DNA of 64,000 nt from Neophaeotheca triangularis (lineage: Eukaryota). Below are positions 1-12,578 of the stretch, in pieces; the stretch's first letter is position 1; every line of letters begins with the position of its first letter. The notes under the pieces are model-generated. The model ran no database searches and was not told where the DNA came from. It saw only the letters and a list, made by a program, of their open reading frames with translations. The position numbers were made by a program, and so were the translations under genes. The stretch covers positions 1 through 64,000 of the forward strand of contig BAAIJX010000053.1 of NCBI GenBank assembly GCA_054600435.1. Direction: 5' to 3'.

Positions 1-855
1 GGGGGGGGGAGGGAGTAGCACAAGAGCGAAAGTAGAAGTAGCCGAGAAGGCCAGACAGAGTGTTTGTCATTCTCCATTATTCATACCCAGCTACCAGCCT
101 TCCTGTCTACTCGCTCGCCATCCCCCTTTCATCCCCGACGCATTCTCCTCGAATCCCTTGAAAACAGGACTAGAGGGATCCACAGCTTTCTCCTCTGGCG
201 GCAAGAGCGCAAAAAAAAAAAAAAAAAACCTCCCCTCCCTCGCTCGCTAAGCTAGCTGAACCTCCTTACTCTCCTCGCCAACTCCTTGCCATTCGATTCT
301 AGCGAAAAGGAAAAGAAAGCGCTAAAGGGATGCCGAGTCACGCGAAATAAAAGAAAAATCCACCCAGAGAAACTTGCATGAAAATGCCTTTCCGCGGTGG
401 AAGAAATGCAAAACCGCGCATCCTCATGTCTCATATTCCTTTCCCTCTCAATCGCAAACGCCTCGATGCCGCTGGAGAGTGATGGTGTTGGAAAACCTTT
501 TGACGAAAACGCTCAAGTTCCATGGAGCGAGGAGGCCCCCCACCCTAAAAGAAGACAAAACAAAGTCAATATCCCTTTCGCTATGCCATCCCGTTCTGCC
601 CAGCCAGCCGTTTTGGCAGCGAAATGCAACGCAACGCAATGCAACGCAATGCAAGTGGGAAGAAAAGGCTTCCCAATCCCCCCCACAAAAAAAAAAGGCA
701 TGAAAACTTGCACTGCTCTCCACCCATAACCACCCCCCGGAACCACTACCACCAGAACATCACAAGAATGATCCCGCCAACATCACCAACCACCAAATCA
801 TCAGTACCAACCGCAAACTCAAACCCCTGCTCCAAAACCACCACCTCAAAACCCC

Positions 856-3800
856 TCAAAATAACCCCATACCCCTCAACTCCCTAACAGGCTTCCCGGG
901 TCTCTCGGGTCTAGCCATCGCCGGCGGATGGGGTCCAGACGGTACTTGCGGGACTTGCGATTTTGGGATCCGCTCTGGGGAGAAAGTGGCGCTCGGAGGA
1001 GGCGGCGGGGAGTAGAAGTCGCGACGTCGGATAGCTGGGGCCTCCCGCGAGGATAGGGGAAGCGGAGTACGAGGCGAGTGCGGAGGGGCCAGGCGAGGAG
1101 TTGCTGGCGGCGTCGAGCGGACTAGAAGCAATGGTTTGGAGCGGGCTTTGTGGACGATTTTGTGGGCGTCGTCTTCGGCATGTGTTGGGGTTGGTGCCGT
1201 TTTGAGACTGGATTTTGAGCGCGCTTTGCGGACGACTTGTTGAAGGATGCCACGTGAAGGTTCGACGGCCGCGGGAACTGGTTTCGACCGAGGTTTCTGT
1301 GCCGCTGGGAGCAATGGCTCGTGTTTGGTTCGGTCTGCTGCGGACCGTCCGTCTTTGAGAAAAGCTTGCGATGGTCTTTGCTGCATGGGCTTGGGTGGTG
1401 CTTCCCTCAGCACGCTGTGCTGCGCTTCCGCCCTCATGTTCCAGTGCGATCGAGCTTTACGTAAGCCGGTCGATGTCCCAGGCAAAGGCAGTCTCCCGTG
1501 TGGTACAACTTCGCTAGCAGCCGGTCTGGATCGGGGGATCTGCACGTCCTTCGGCGGCACTTCTGGCCTGTCGTCCGGCGTTTTGGTCTTCAGCGTTGAC
1601 AGCGAACGGACCTGGCGCACGCCTTTCCAACGGTCGCACGTCGTCGCACTCTCGCTCGGGGTTCGGTCGTCAAGATTCCCTTTCGACTGAACCTTGAAAA
1701 CGGGCTTCGCTGGCAGTTTCGGCGGCACATCGGGTTTTCTCTCGCGCTCAGCATCCCCACCGATCGATATGGAACGAATCTCGCGCACGACCATTGGAGG
1801 CGGCATATCTATCGGCGTATCTCTCGCGACTGGTTCTCTTGACTTGGGCAAGGATTTCGACCTCGCTCTTCGCAAGGGATGATGAGGGTCCTCGGTAACC
1901 GTACTCTCCTTTTTCAGACTCTGTTTCGAACGGACTTTGCGCACGACCGTTCCGAGGCCGGTCTCGTGAGTCTTGGTAGCCACGTCCTGGGTCGTTTTAT
2001 CCCCTAGTGTCGATTTCGAGCGCACTTTGCGGATAATCCCCGGCAAAGGATTCGATGTCGCTCTCGACCTTGCTCTTTCACTTGGTCTGGTAGGGACGTT
2101 AGTACTTTGTCAGTCGAATCGCATCAACTTCCGCAAGCAAGGCCGTCTCGAATCGAATAATTTCAAAAGCCAGCAGCTCGTCAGAGCCAGTATAGCGGTC
2201 TGAAAGACTTTGCAAAGCTCACCCTCCAGGACTGATGACGACTCTCGCGCCCTCCTTGCCCAACACACCCCTCTCCCTCGGTTTCGCTTTTGGACTCCTG
2301 TCCCTCCCCTTTTTCCTGCCTAGAAATCCTAGCATCCCCGTAGGTTTCTCGTTGACGTTACGCTCTCCCTCGACCATGCTGGCGCTCTGGTTTGCCATGC
2401 CACTCCAGCTTCCTTGCTCGTTCAGAACAACTTGAACGCCGCCTCCCATGCTAGTGCTACGATGAGAGCCTCGGGGTCGGTGTTGACGAGGGGCGGATGT
2501 TGAAGGCGGCGGGAGGTTAGTGTTGGTTTCATCGTAGCGGATCGAGCGGACTTGATGCGGCTGCGCGGTGCCTGGAGTAGGGGTTTGAGACGGTAAGGGC
2601 GGAATTTCCTTTTCCGCAGTGGAGCCCGAAAAGTATTCGCGTTCTGGGGGTGATGAAGAGGGCGGTGCTGCATGGGTTGTTGTAAGCATTGGTGATGGAT
2701 ATGGTGGAGAGCCATTGGGAGATTGTGTCGACAAACGTGTTCTTGATGCGCTGCCTGGTGTTTGCGAGCGAGGCGTAGGTATTGATCGTGGATGATCTGG
2801 CGCTCTGCGAGCTCTGTGAGGCTCTATTGGAACCTCTTGTTCGCTCTTTGTATGTTTTTTGGCTGGAGTCGATTTAGTCTGCCCAGCGGAAGACCCAGCA
2901 GCCGCTGCGTCCGTCAAGGGGGCTCGTTCAACCGGCATCTGCGTGTAGTTGAAAGGCTCAAACATCGTTTCGATCATCCGGTGTAACTCGTCTGCGCGTA
3001 TCTCCTGCGCAGTCGCATCGTCTCTGAGCTCAGCCCTCGGCTTCTGTTTTCGAGCGCGCGCTTCCAAAGGAGCCTCCTCCAATAGCAACTCTTCTAGATC
3101 GTACGTCGCATCAAAGTTGGTCTTGTCACTCGACGGACAGAAGACGGGCTCAACCTCTTTGCGTTCCAGCGCCTCAAAATCAATCTCTCGGAAGAATGGG
3201 TTGTCTGTAAAGGATTCGAAACTCGCAGCCCCGATTCGCAACGTCTTGTCCTTTTCTAAAAGCGAGCTGATGGCGTGCAAACAGACCATTGACACAGGTG
3301 GCGATGTTATCGGGTACGCCGGGTCAGCCTTCATGATTGTATTCGCCAGAGCTTCCGAATTGTTCGCTTCGAATGGCCGCTTGTTGTAAATGCATTCGTA
3401 AAACAAAACACCCAACGACCACCAATCCACCTCGCTAGCATATCCCTTGCCGGCGTATACTTCCGGCGCAAGGTATGCCAAGGTTCCAGACTTGCTACTC
3501 AACAGCTTCCCTGGTGTGAAGTCCGAGGCTACGTTGAAATCCGCCAAATGCACGTGTCCTTCCGAATCCAGGAGTACATTGTCGGGCTTCACATCGCGGT
3601 GGACGATGCCTTGTTTGTGGATATGCCGTAACGCGCAGGCCAATTCGGCGATCCAGAACCGCACAGCGTCTTCGGTGAAGGTCTTTCGTGAGATGTGGAA
3701 ACGCAAGTCTCCGCCGTTCATCAGGTCCACGACAATGTATCTGCAAGCCTGGAGTCAGCAAGTCCGCTTTACCCTTTTGCTCCAGACCTCACATGGGTGT

Positions 3801-4086
3801 AAACTCACAGATATTCCATGTCCTGAAAGCTGTACCGCAGATTGCACAAGAATGGATGGTTCAAATGCTGCAGCATGCGCCTCTCCCGTATGATATTCCG
3901 CACGCTCTCACTTCTGACCACCTCATCCTTGCGTATGTATTTGAGAGCAAACGTCAAACCGGTATCCTTGCGCTCGACGATCCTCACTTTGCCAAAAGCG
4001 CCCTTACCCACGACGCGCAACAAGCGGAAGTGGTTGAGGTTGACCTCATCGGTGAGGACCAAGGGTTTGCCGCTCGAATTGCCCAT
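856..4086 (-). CDS. AGC-group Ser/Thr protein kinase, YANK/STK32 type. Exons 4086-3809 and 3740-2219 give a short 599-aa form; splicing 3740-2223 to 2086-856 gives a long 1008-aa form
   Basis: Starts MGNSSGK (myristoylation-like). Kinase motifs GKGAFGKV, FALK, HRDVKPDN, ADFN (DFN in place of DFG, typical of YANK), APE, DWWSLG and AGC tail NFDATYDLEELL. Intron 3741-3808 is GTGAGT..TGCTGAC..CAG, in phase. Second in-phase intron 2087-2222 is GTGAGC..TACTAAC..CAG. Confidence 0.9.
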
Positions 4087-4515
4087 CTGTAGGGTTGGAG
4101 GGTGCGTTTACGGGGAGCTTCGGTAGAGAGTAGCAAGCCAGGCTGGGCAGAGGAAGGGGATATTGCGGAATGTTTGAAGTGGAGTGGAGGTGTTCAGTTC
4201 GGCATTGCGTGTTCTCCGGGGAGGTAATGATGTTGGTGAGCAGTAACAATAGCAAGCTCCCTTGATGAGTACCGAGGTGTTTTCGAGTGGCTGTTTCAGA
4301 AGGTAATTGAGGGCGTGCTTGCGGTTACGCAGAGAGCGTGGAAGGGTTACACGGCCGGACGGCAATCCAGGTTGTCGGGTGATTAGGTTCGTTTGGTGTT
4401 GAGGAGCCGACGGTTGGTGGTAGGGTAAGCGTTGTATGCAGCGAAGCGGATTTGTGCGACGTCGCAAGGGTGGGTGTAGGGTAGGAGAGGAAGGCGAGGC
4501 GAGGCGAGGTAGAAG

Positions 4516-4560
4516 GTGAGGTGAGGTGAGGGGAGGTGAGGTGAGGTGAGGTGAGGTGAG
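4516..4560. repeat. (GTGAG)n pentanucleotide microsatellite upstream of the kinase
   Basis: About 9 near-perfect GTGAG units are directly visible. Confidence 0.9.
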
Positions 4561-5017
4561 ATAGCAAGTGAGGAAAAGATGGGTATGCTAGTCTGCAGAT
4601 GCGGAGGAAGAGTAGGGCTGAACAGAGGGAGAAGATGCAAGATAATAGACCGTCTCACGTGCCGACTAACAGTAGAAGAGTAATGATAAAAGACTTGACT
4701 AGCTTCCGACCAACAACAGTGACAATGTCATGTGCTAGTTAAGGGTAGTATGGATGTAAAAGGGCAAAGTGACGACGGAAGAGAGATAATAATAATAACC
4801 TACATAGGTATTGAAATAATAATGTAAGGGAGTGATGAGCATCGGAAAGTAGTGCAACAAATTATTAGCGTGCAAGCCACGAGGTCGATCGGCTTTGATG
4901 TTACGAGTCAAGACAACAAGGTACTACCAAGGTACCCACTACCTACAGTAGGTAGGTAAGTAGCAAGTATTTTTAACGGCAACCTAGATACAAGTGCCTA
5001 GTAGTAGTGGTGCGTTG

Positions 5018-5056
<39 letters not shown>
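5018..5056. repeat. (GTA)13 microsatellite
   Basis: Perfect trinucleotide run. Confidence 0.95.
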
Positions 5057-6683
5057 ATACCTTATGTATGTATCCTTACCGCCGCCTTAAGCGCCACTTT
5101 AACCGCCACCGCGACAATCTACCTAGGTACTACTATCATAGAAACGTTACCTGGCAGATGCCGCTTCAGACGTATTGCGTTGGTCGCATGTTTAGCAGTG
5201 CTTACTATACGCTGTGTATAGGAAAAGAGAAAGAAAGAGGAAAAAAAGCCTCCTGTCTATCTGTACTCTTATATGTCTCAAACACCGACTGCCGAACGCC
5301 TCGAACGTAGCGTTCAGTGATTGATCCACATGTATATGTATCCAGCACACCGAGTAACGGTACAGAACCCGACACGACACTTACTAGCACTAACTCCTGT
5401 ATAAACTACTTCTAAGCCTTCACCGCTCTCAGCGATTTGAATTCTCGATAACCGACCTCGGAAGTCTTCTTAATCTTTCACCTTTCAACTCGATCCCTCT
5501 CCTAAACGACATCAAAGCAGCGGGACCTCTCCGAACAGACCATCTCGACATTTATAAAATAAGTCCTCCAATCGGCTGACGGTGGACTTCTCTACGTTCA
5601 ACTTGCAAGCATTTACCCTTCTGATTAAATAGAACACAGCAACAAACTCCATCGCCTTATATACTTTTAGACCCCCTTACGCCCCCTAACACGATTCCAC
5701 AAGCATATCCCATCCCCGATTAGTAGAAAAGCAAAAATCAAAAAAAAGATCAAAGTCTTCGCACCATCATTCCCCCAAAACCCAACATCCGCCCGCCCTA
5801 GACCGTCTCCTCATCCACAAAGCAAACCCACCGAGCCCGCGAACGAACCACCACCCCGTCAAGTTCCAACAGTGTCAGGGATGCCCATGTCGCACAACAC
5901 CCACTCCCGCTTCTAGAAGCCTTCCACTCGCAGTCAGGGTAGTTTCAAAACAAACGAAGCGAGTAAAAAATAAAAAAGAAGCAAATAAAAATTGCCCAGG
6001 TAAGTTATAAGCGGTAAAACTCACGGAACACCTCAATAACAGCCGGCGGCAGACGCCGGGAGAATTCTCGGGAACAACTCGTGTCGCTGGCCCCTCCCAA
6101 GCAAAATCAGGAGGTGGATACCTCGCCTCGGCCTCCATCGTTCGTTCTTCGCCTTCGACGTCTATTCTCTGTTATCTCATGTAGTCTCTCCGTTCTTTTT
6201 CCCGAGAACTGGTTCGTCACAGCTAAGTCATACATACCTAAGCTCTAATATCCCACCGGACGAAGTCTTCATCTCCGGTGTCTCGAGCCATGACCAAACG
6301 ACGTCTCCGACGAATACGTCTAGCCTCTAAGCTCTCTCTTTCCCTCTCTCTCCCCCCTGCCCTCCAGGTGTCCCACAACACCTCGCTAGTAACACCTCGC
6401 TAGGTACTACATGACCTAAAAAAGGAAAATTGGAAAAAATTGGGAAAAAACAAAGCCTCATCCGCGTCCATTCGACGATAAACCTACCTCAGCACATAAC
6501 AGACCAACACACACCACTGACAAAAAAAAAACGCTTGTCAAAAGCTACGAGCCTACTACTGTTTTCTTTCATCTAGGCCTAAGTATTGTACCTACCTACA
6601 ACTGGGTGATCTCCAGTCCCGGCAAACACTCCCCCGGTACCTCCAAAGTTCCAACGACCTTATCTGCTACGAGTCAAGAGACA

Positions 6684-6725
6684 CACTGCCCACTGCCACT
6701 GCCACTGCCACTGCCATTGCCGTTG
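6684..6725. repeat. (CACTGC)n hexanucleotide microsatellite
   Basis: About 6-7 imperfect units. Confidence 0.85.
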
Positions 6726-7323
6726 CCGGGAGCCGCCTACTTTTTGGGTGTAGCCTTGCTAGAAGTAGGTTACTTATCTCCTCATCTAGTACCGTATCCA
6801 TCTACCGCTGCGGCGGTCAAAGGTCGGGTAGGTAAGGTACTTGTGACTTCCGCTGTAATGTAAGACTTTAATCTCAGCTTGTTGTGTCCGTCACTCGCTC
6901 AACGCTGCCTTTGGGATGAGGTGAGGCTGGGCGGGGAACAGATTCAGATTGTTGCTTGTGACCTGCAGTCGGAGAAGAGAGGAGAAACGGCTACAAAGAG
7001 CTAGCTACCTTTGACACTGAAACTACCGAGATCATGCCCTGTACGCCTTTCCCAGCACATCCAGGGGATAACGCCGCCTTGATCCGTCGCCTGTAAACTC
7101 GAGTAGAGAGGCTGGCTGACTGGCATGTTCAAGCAAATTGAAAGGAGCAGAGTAAATCCCATCCCCATACCCATCCAGCCAGTCGAAGCCTATCATCCGC
7201 GGAAAAAGGAAATGAATGCCTGCGCGCTTTCGCTGTGCAAACCACCTCGCCGAGTTACGCCAGTTTGATTCGTATGCTCCGCGGTTACGACTTGGAGTTC
7301 CATATATGAATTGAATGAAAAGC

Positions 7324-8135
7324 TCAGACTTGTTCCATAGTTCCCGCCGGCTGTTCGTCGTCGTCGTCCGAGTCAATGCTGCCGACGCTGCTCATCTCGT
7401 CGCTGTCGTCGGATTTGTCGTCCATGTTGTCATTGGCCTCTTTGGAAGCGTATTTCGCTACGTACTCTGGGGTGCCGGGTGTCAGGGACGGTTGTAGGAG
7501 GAGCGTTCTCTTCGTGATGTCGCGGACCCACCTTTGACTTTCGCGTCGTATGCCTTCTGCTCTCTCATCAACAATGCGGCCGCTTCGCCGTTTAGTGGAT
7601 CTGTCGGGTTTGGGTATCGGAGTAATTGAGGGAGGAAGACTTCGAAAATGTTCACCATCTCGTACATGGGCGACCATGTCTGGTTGATGACATCGAGACA
7701 GACGCTGCCGGATCTGCGTGCAGACAAAAGAGTCAGCATATTAGTTGGGTCAGGTTGGGAGTAATGCGCACAACTCATCTATATTTGGATGGAAGATGCG
7801 GTTGACGAAGCCGATGCTCGGAGACTTGTGAGGGTACTGGTCTGGGAGCTCGACGTGGATTTTCCAGAGACCGCCTTGGAAGGGTGCTGGCTTTGGTTGT
7901 TAGTATCTAGCTGAGCTTGTGGCGTCAGCGGCAATCACTGACTTTCTTCCGGCCCCTTGAAGCGGACGTAGAATTCTTGCATGTTGTCGTTGACTAGCGT
8001 AACTTCGTAGTCGCTCATGAGCATCTTCATGACCTACAGTATCCCGTTATCAGCCACCGTTGTCGACTTGGAGCCAATCGTCCTCTTCTTGTGTAGACTC
8101 ACATCAGTCTCGATGCGGCGCTTTGGGCTACTCAT
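7324..8135 (-). CDS. UBC8: Ubiquitin-conjugating enzyme E2 (Ubc8/UBE2H), 5 exons: 8135-8103, 8033-7943, 7886-7772, 7713-7532, 7466-7324; 187 aa
   Basis: Spliced product reads [22 protein letters not shown]...[22 protein letters not shown]... with the catalytic Cys and an acidic tail. Four GT-AG introns are all in phase. Confidence 0.95.
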
Positions 8136-9243
8136 TTTGCCAGCTCTTCCCTCCTGGGGTTGTTGTCGCTGAGTGTTGTAACGATACTGTCTGCTGTTGC
8201 TCCTCTCGTAATCGCCGCTGAGGCGGGGCAGGTGGGGTTGTTATCGAGGCGCGATAAGGCGTTCTGTTGCAATGATAAGGTACCACAGAGGTTTGAGTCC
8301 TTCGAGATGATAGTGGAGGGAGTCAAGTAGGAGATGGTCTATCGATGAAGGTTCGGTCGCTGTGTTTGGGTTGAGTAGGTTTCGGTGACTGGGTAGGTAC
8401 AGGTAGGTGTCGGGTCGGATAGTCACTCGAGCTTCTCGGTTCTGATAGGGTCGTTAATGAGCTGTCGACCAAAGGGTCGGCGTGAACGGCGTGACGTGTT
8501 GTTGTACGTTTGCTTGTCGTGGTGTGCTGACGAAGAGTTAGTTAGGTAGATGAGTAAGGTAAGATGAGAAGGGAAGGGAAAGGGAAGAGGAGTGCACATG
8601 TCGAGCTCCACTACAGGTACCTATCCATACCTAACTAAGGTAGTTAACCTACCTGTGTACCTTAGGTAAGCACTGAGAGCTGGAGGTCACCTGGGCACGC
8701 TGGATGATGCGATGCACCTTGATCAGGCCGCATTATTTATTATTATTAGGTACCTTACCTTATTGATCGCCGCGAGCCGTGTCCAGGAACAAAGCCGACA
8801 TGGAAGGCCGACTGCGGCGGAATACACCTATCACGTGACCCAGATTAAAACTCACCTTCATGGCGACTTTGACTTCAAGAAGACTTTCAACCTCTATAAC
8901 TATTATACATGTCACTGCAGTCTGCTGGCATGGGCATTGGTATGGGCATGGTGTCAATCTCGCCGGATTTGGTGCCCGATATCATCATCATTATCCGTGC
9001 TGGCGATTGTGCCCCAACTCTAACCCTGAGCCCCGCTTGACGACCACGTCCACTCCATACACTCCGCAGCTACCTCCAAAGGCAACGAGCAGCAAACAAA
9101 CATGACACTAACTTCACATGCTCTCTTGTCGAGCATCAACGAGGCATTGTTGCCTACAAACGTCTCTCTTATCTTCTTGGAGCTTCTCTAACCCTTTCGC
9201 CAGCAGCGGTTGCGGCAGGACGCTGTGGACTTCCTTAAACAAC

Positions 9244-10213
9244 ATGGTCCAACCTAATAACGATGTCGAGTCATTCCACGAGCACCTGAAGAAGTCCAAA
9301 CGGGTCCTTTCACTATGCGGCGCCGGTCTCAGCGCAGCTTCTGGCCTTCCAACGTTCCGAGGGCCCGGAGGTCTGTGGCGAACACATGAAGCCACCAGTC
9401 TCGCCACTCCAGAAGCTTTCAAATCGGACCCCGGCTTGGTTTGGCAGTTCTACAGCTACAGGTGAACACCAATCTTACTACCACTGAATTCAGACAACTC
9501 GACTGACAACGACTTCGAGACGCCACAAAGCCCTGGAAGCCCATCCCAATGCCGCTCACTACGCCCTCGCTGCTCTAAGCAGAGCCATGCCCGCCTTTCA
9601 AACCCTCTCCCAGAATGTCGATGGTTTATCGCAACGCGCAGACCACCCTCGAAGCCAGCTTCAACTACTCCACGGCACTCTCTTCAACGTCAAATGCTCG
9701 CAACGCAAGTGTGACTACGTCGTCGAAGACTTCAACGACCCCATCGTACCCGCGCTCGCGATTCCAACGGAAGCCAGTGCAGACCCTACGAGCAACTCAG
9801 CCCTCGAGCTCGACATTTCGTCTCCAGGCGTCGAGCTGCCGAAGATCGCCGCCAATGCTCTGCCGAAATGCCCCAAATGCGAGACAGGTATGCTACGCCC
9901 AGGCGTCGTCTGGTTCGGGGAATCCTTACCGCTGCAGGTCCTCCAAAACGTCGACGACTTCCTCAATAATAGCGAGCCTATCGACCTTATTCTAGTCATC
10001 GGCACTTCTGCGAAAGTCTACCCGGCTGCAGGATACATCGAGGAAGCGAGGGACAGGGGCGCCAAGGTTTGTGTCGTCAATATGGATGCAGGGGACAAGC
10101 CTCCAGGCGGCTGGACGGAGGGCGATTGGCTGTTTCAAGGGGATGCGGCGGCTGTAGTGCCTAAGTTGTTGAAGCCTATTATCGGGGATGTTGGAGGGTC
10201 TGCGGATGCTTAG
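9244..10213 (+). CDS. NAD-dependent protein deacylase, class III sirtuin (SIRT5/CobB-like); exons 9244-9461, 9520-10213
   Basis: Motifs GAGLSAASGLPTFRG, FYSYRR (YxxR acyl-pocket motif), QNVDGL, LHG, CxxxxC/CxxC zinc knuckles, RPGVVWFGE and GTS. Confidence 0.92.
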
Positions 10214-11211
10214 ATGGGTTGTTGGCGACAGCGGGCTGTAAAGTGTTGCTGGCTATCTTGGCTCGCCCCTGAAATCAAAAGCTCCTCCTACTGGCCAATA
10301 GGCTTTAGAGGTAGCGAATGGACGGGTTTTGCGATCCGGAGTCGCCCTCATACCTCAACGCATCGCAACCGGGAAAGACGTTGATTCTCTCAGGGGTGGG
10401 AGATCTGGCCCTCCGGAGCTTGACCGCAGCGGCTGTAGCCTCGGCGGCAAGTGCAATTGTTCCACCGAAGAGGCTCTTTGAGGTCATTACAGCTCTGCGT
10501 TGACTACAATACGGATGCTCTTTCTATCCCAGTCCACTCTTGGGCACGTTGAAGCTTTGCAGTTCGCACCCAAAGACGCTCCGGCGCGAAGGCAAATAGC
10601 CACGCGCCAATACTGAAAACACGACACCCCTTCCCACTGGTTCACCCATTCAGCCGTGCTCGAAACTCGCCTTCTGCCTGACTCTTTGTTCCAGCCAGCA
10701 AGAATGACATTGTATTCCTCGGCTAGCCCACGAGCTATAGTGCCCAAGGTTTAGAACATCACAATGCTTTGCTAAGGGCCTCTACTTGCTCTTTGCTGCC
10801 ATTTCAGCAAAGGGTGTCTTGTTTCCTCTTTGTCAAAGTTCCTGGCTATGTGCTGAGTATCTTCTTTCAGAAAAACACGACACAATACACCGCCGACCAC
10901 TTCCTTGCATTGGGCATCCTCGAAAGTGAATCGCACAATAGCCCTTTGTCATCATCAAAAACATTGCTGCTTTATGCTCCTTTGTCCAAAGCATCATCAA
11001 GTGTTCCCTTTCACCGAGCATCCCACCCCAGCAGCTATAAGCACACTTGCCCGAGTCCAAACAACACCTCTGCCTTTCCCCATCAGCTTCCTGTTCCGCA
11101 TCCGACCAGTCACCATTAATTATCCACACCAACATCACACAAAACCCGCACTTTCAGACTCGCGAAAGAAAACTCAAACTCAAACTCAAATTCAAGCCTG
11201 CTCTCTGCGAG

Positions 11212-12060
11212 ATGCCGGGCTACGAGACCTACGACCTGACCCCTGGCGGGTCTGGTGGAAGAAGACGTGATGACCGCTCTCGCCGCTCCCGCGCTCCAAG
11301 CCCGCCAGATCTCGGCCATGACCGTCGTCGTGATGACCGCTCTAGCCGCTCCCGCGCCCCAAGCCCGCCTGATCTCGGCTCTGACCGTCGTCTTCGTTCT
11401 GTCGCAGTAGGTGAGTCATCCACTGGCGTTACCAGGCTCTACGAAATCCCCAACTACCCCACTCGCCCCAGCGCCGGCCGCCGGCCCTCCATCCTTGATG
11501 CCCGTCGTCCCTCCTCCGTCAGCCCTTCCATGTACGACGTGTACGGAGAGGTGCCTCGCAACCAACCACGGGCATCCTCCCGCGCCCCAACCGACTCGGC
11601 CTACCACCGCTTCGAAGTCCCTGGCGGCCGCGAACCCCGCGAACCCCACTTCGTCCCCAGCGTCTCCCGCCAACCCCTCTTCGGCAACGACCGCTCCGAC
11701 CGTAACGCCCTCTCTCGCCGCCTCAGCTCCACCCTGCCCCCGGCTTACAACAACCTCCGAGCGACGGAGGACCGCGAATGGGAACGCCACGAACCCCGCG
11801 GTGACCGCGAGCCCGCACCATCCCACTGGCCCAGCTACGGCGACGGCACCCGCTACAATTTCGACCCCCAACGTCGCGATCCGGACCACCTAAGCCGCGC
11901 TAGCAGCCGTTACGGCCCGCACGATGGTCGCGAGTACACTGGCCGGCCTGCGCCGCGCTTTGGCTCTGTGCACTACGAGACCAGCGAGGCGAGGTCTTCG
12001 AGGCGCCGCTCGACGAGGGACGAGAGCCCGCTCGGGGGCAAGTACTTGAGGCATAGGTAG
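11212..12060 (+). CDS. Hypothetical Arg/Ser/Pro-rich disordered protein with a 21-aa tandem repeat
   Basis: 282-aa open frame from ATG 11212 with C-ending codon bias; no recognisable domain. Confidence 0.55.
   Translation: MPGYETYDLTPGGSGGRRRDDRSRRSRAPSPPDLGHDRRRDDRSSRSRAPSPPDLGSDRRLRSVAVGESSTGVTRLYEIPNYPTRPSAGRRPSILDARRPSSVSPSMYDVYGEVPRNQPRASSRAPTDSAYHRFEVPGGREPREPHFVPSVSRQPLFGNDRSDRNALSRRLSSTLPPAYNNLRATEDREWERHEPRGDREPAPSHWPSYGDGTRYNFDPQRRDPDHLSRASSRYGPHDGREYTGRPAPRFGSVHYETSEARSSRRRSTRDESPLGGKYLRHR
11266..11391 (+). repeat. 63-nt tandem duplication encoding RDDRS(R/S)RSRAPSPPDLG(H/S)DRR twice
   Basis: Two near-identical copies start at 11266 and 11329. Confidence 0.9.
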
Positions 12061-12578
12061 GTCGAAACGAGGCTTGTATGATATGGTAGGTGTTGCTTGC
12101 GCAGAGGTAAGTCTATGGGTACGGCTTTCGGAGTCGACTTTCCAGCAGCATGGTTTGTATCGGTAGGTGTTATGGAGTTTTGTTTAAATGCGGTTAGCTG
12201 ATCACCAACAAAAGCACCAAAAACAGGACAATAAAATATTAGATACAAAATATTGGGAGGGGGCTGGCTCTCTCCCGCCAAAAAAAAATATTGTCTCGCC
12301 TTCCCTTTCTCATGTTTCTTGCAGTTTGACTTTGATAATAGCAATAGAGCGAATTCGATGTGAACAAATGCATTCGACAATGAGTTGGGTATCGTGCTAG
12401 AACTCTTCCTTCCAATCATCTCTGAGCCTGCAAGCAGCAGCTTTAAGTGGCTACCCAAGATGATCGTCGTTCTCTGTTTCTCCGAGCTGCAGGACAAACT
12501 TTTTCTGCCCATCCCACTGTCCGTTGTCCTGCTGCCTAACACCTGGCCCTGATTCGGGTCTTTAGTCTTCGCAGCATA

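Noticed and set aside
1..855. Short overlapping ORFs, poly-G/poly-A runs and AA(T/C)GC repeats
   Set aside because: Low-complexity sequence downstream of the kinase; no coding signal.
10305..11000. Broken minus-strand ORFs, possible pseudogene
   Set aside because: No recognisable family motifs; cannot be supported without a search.
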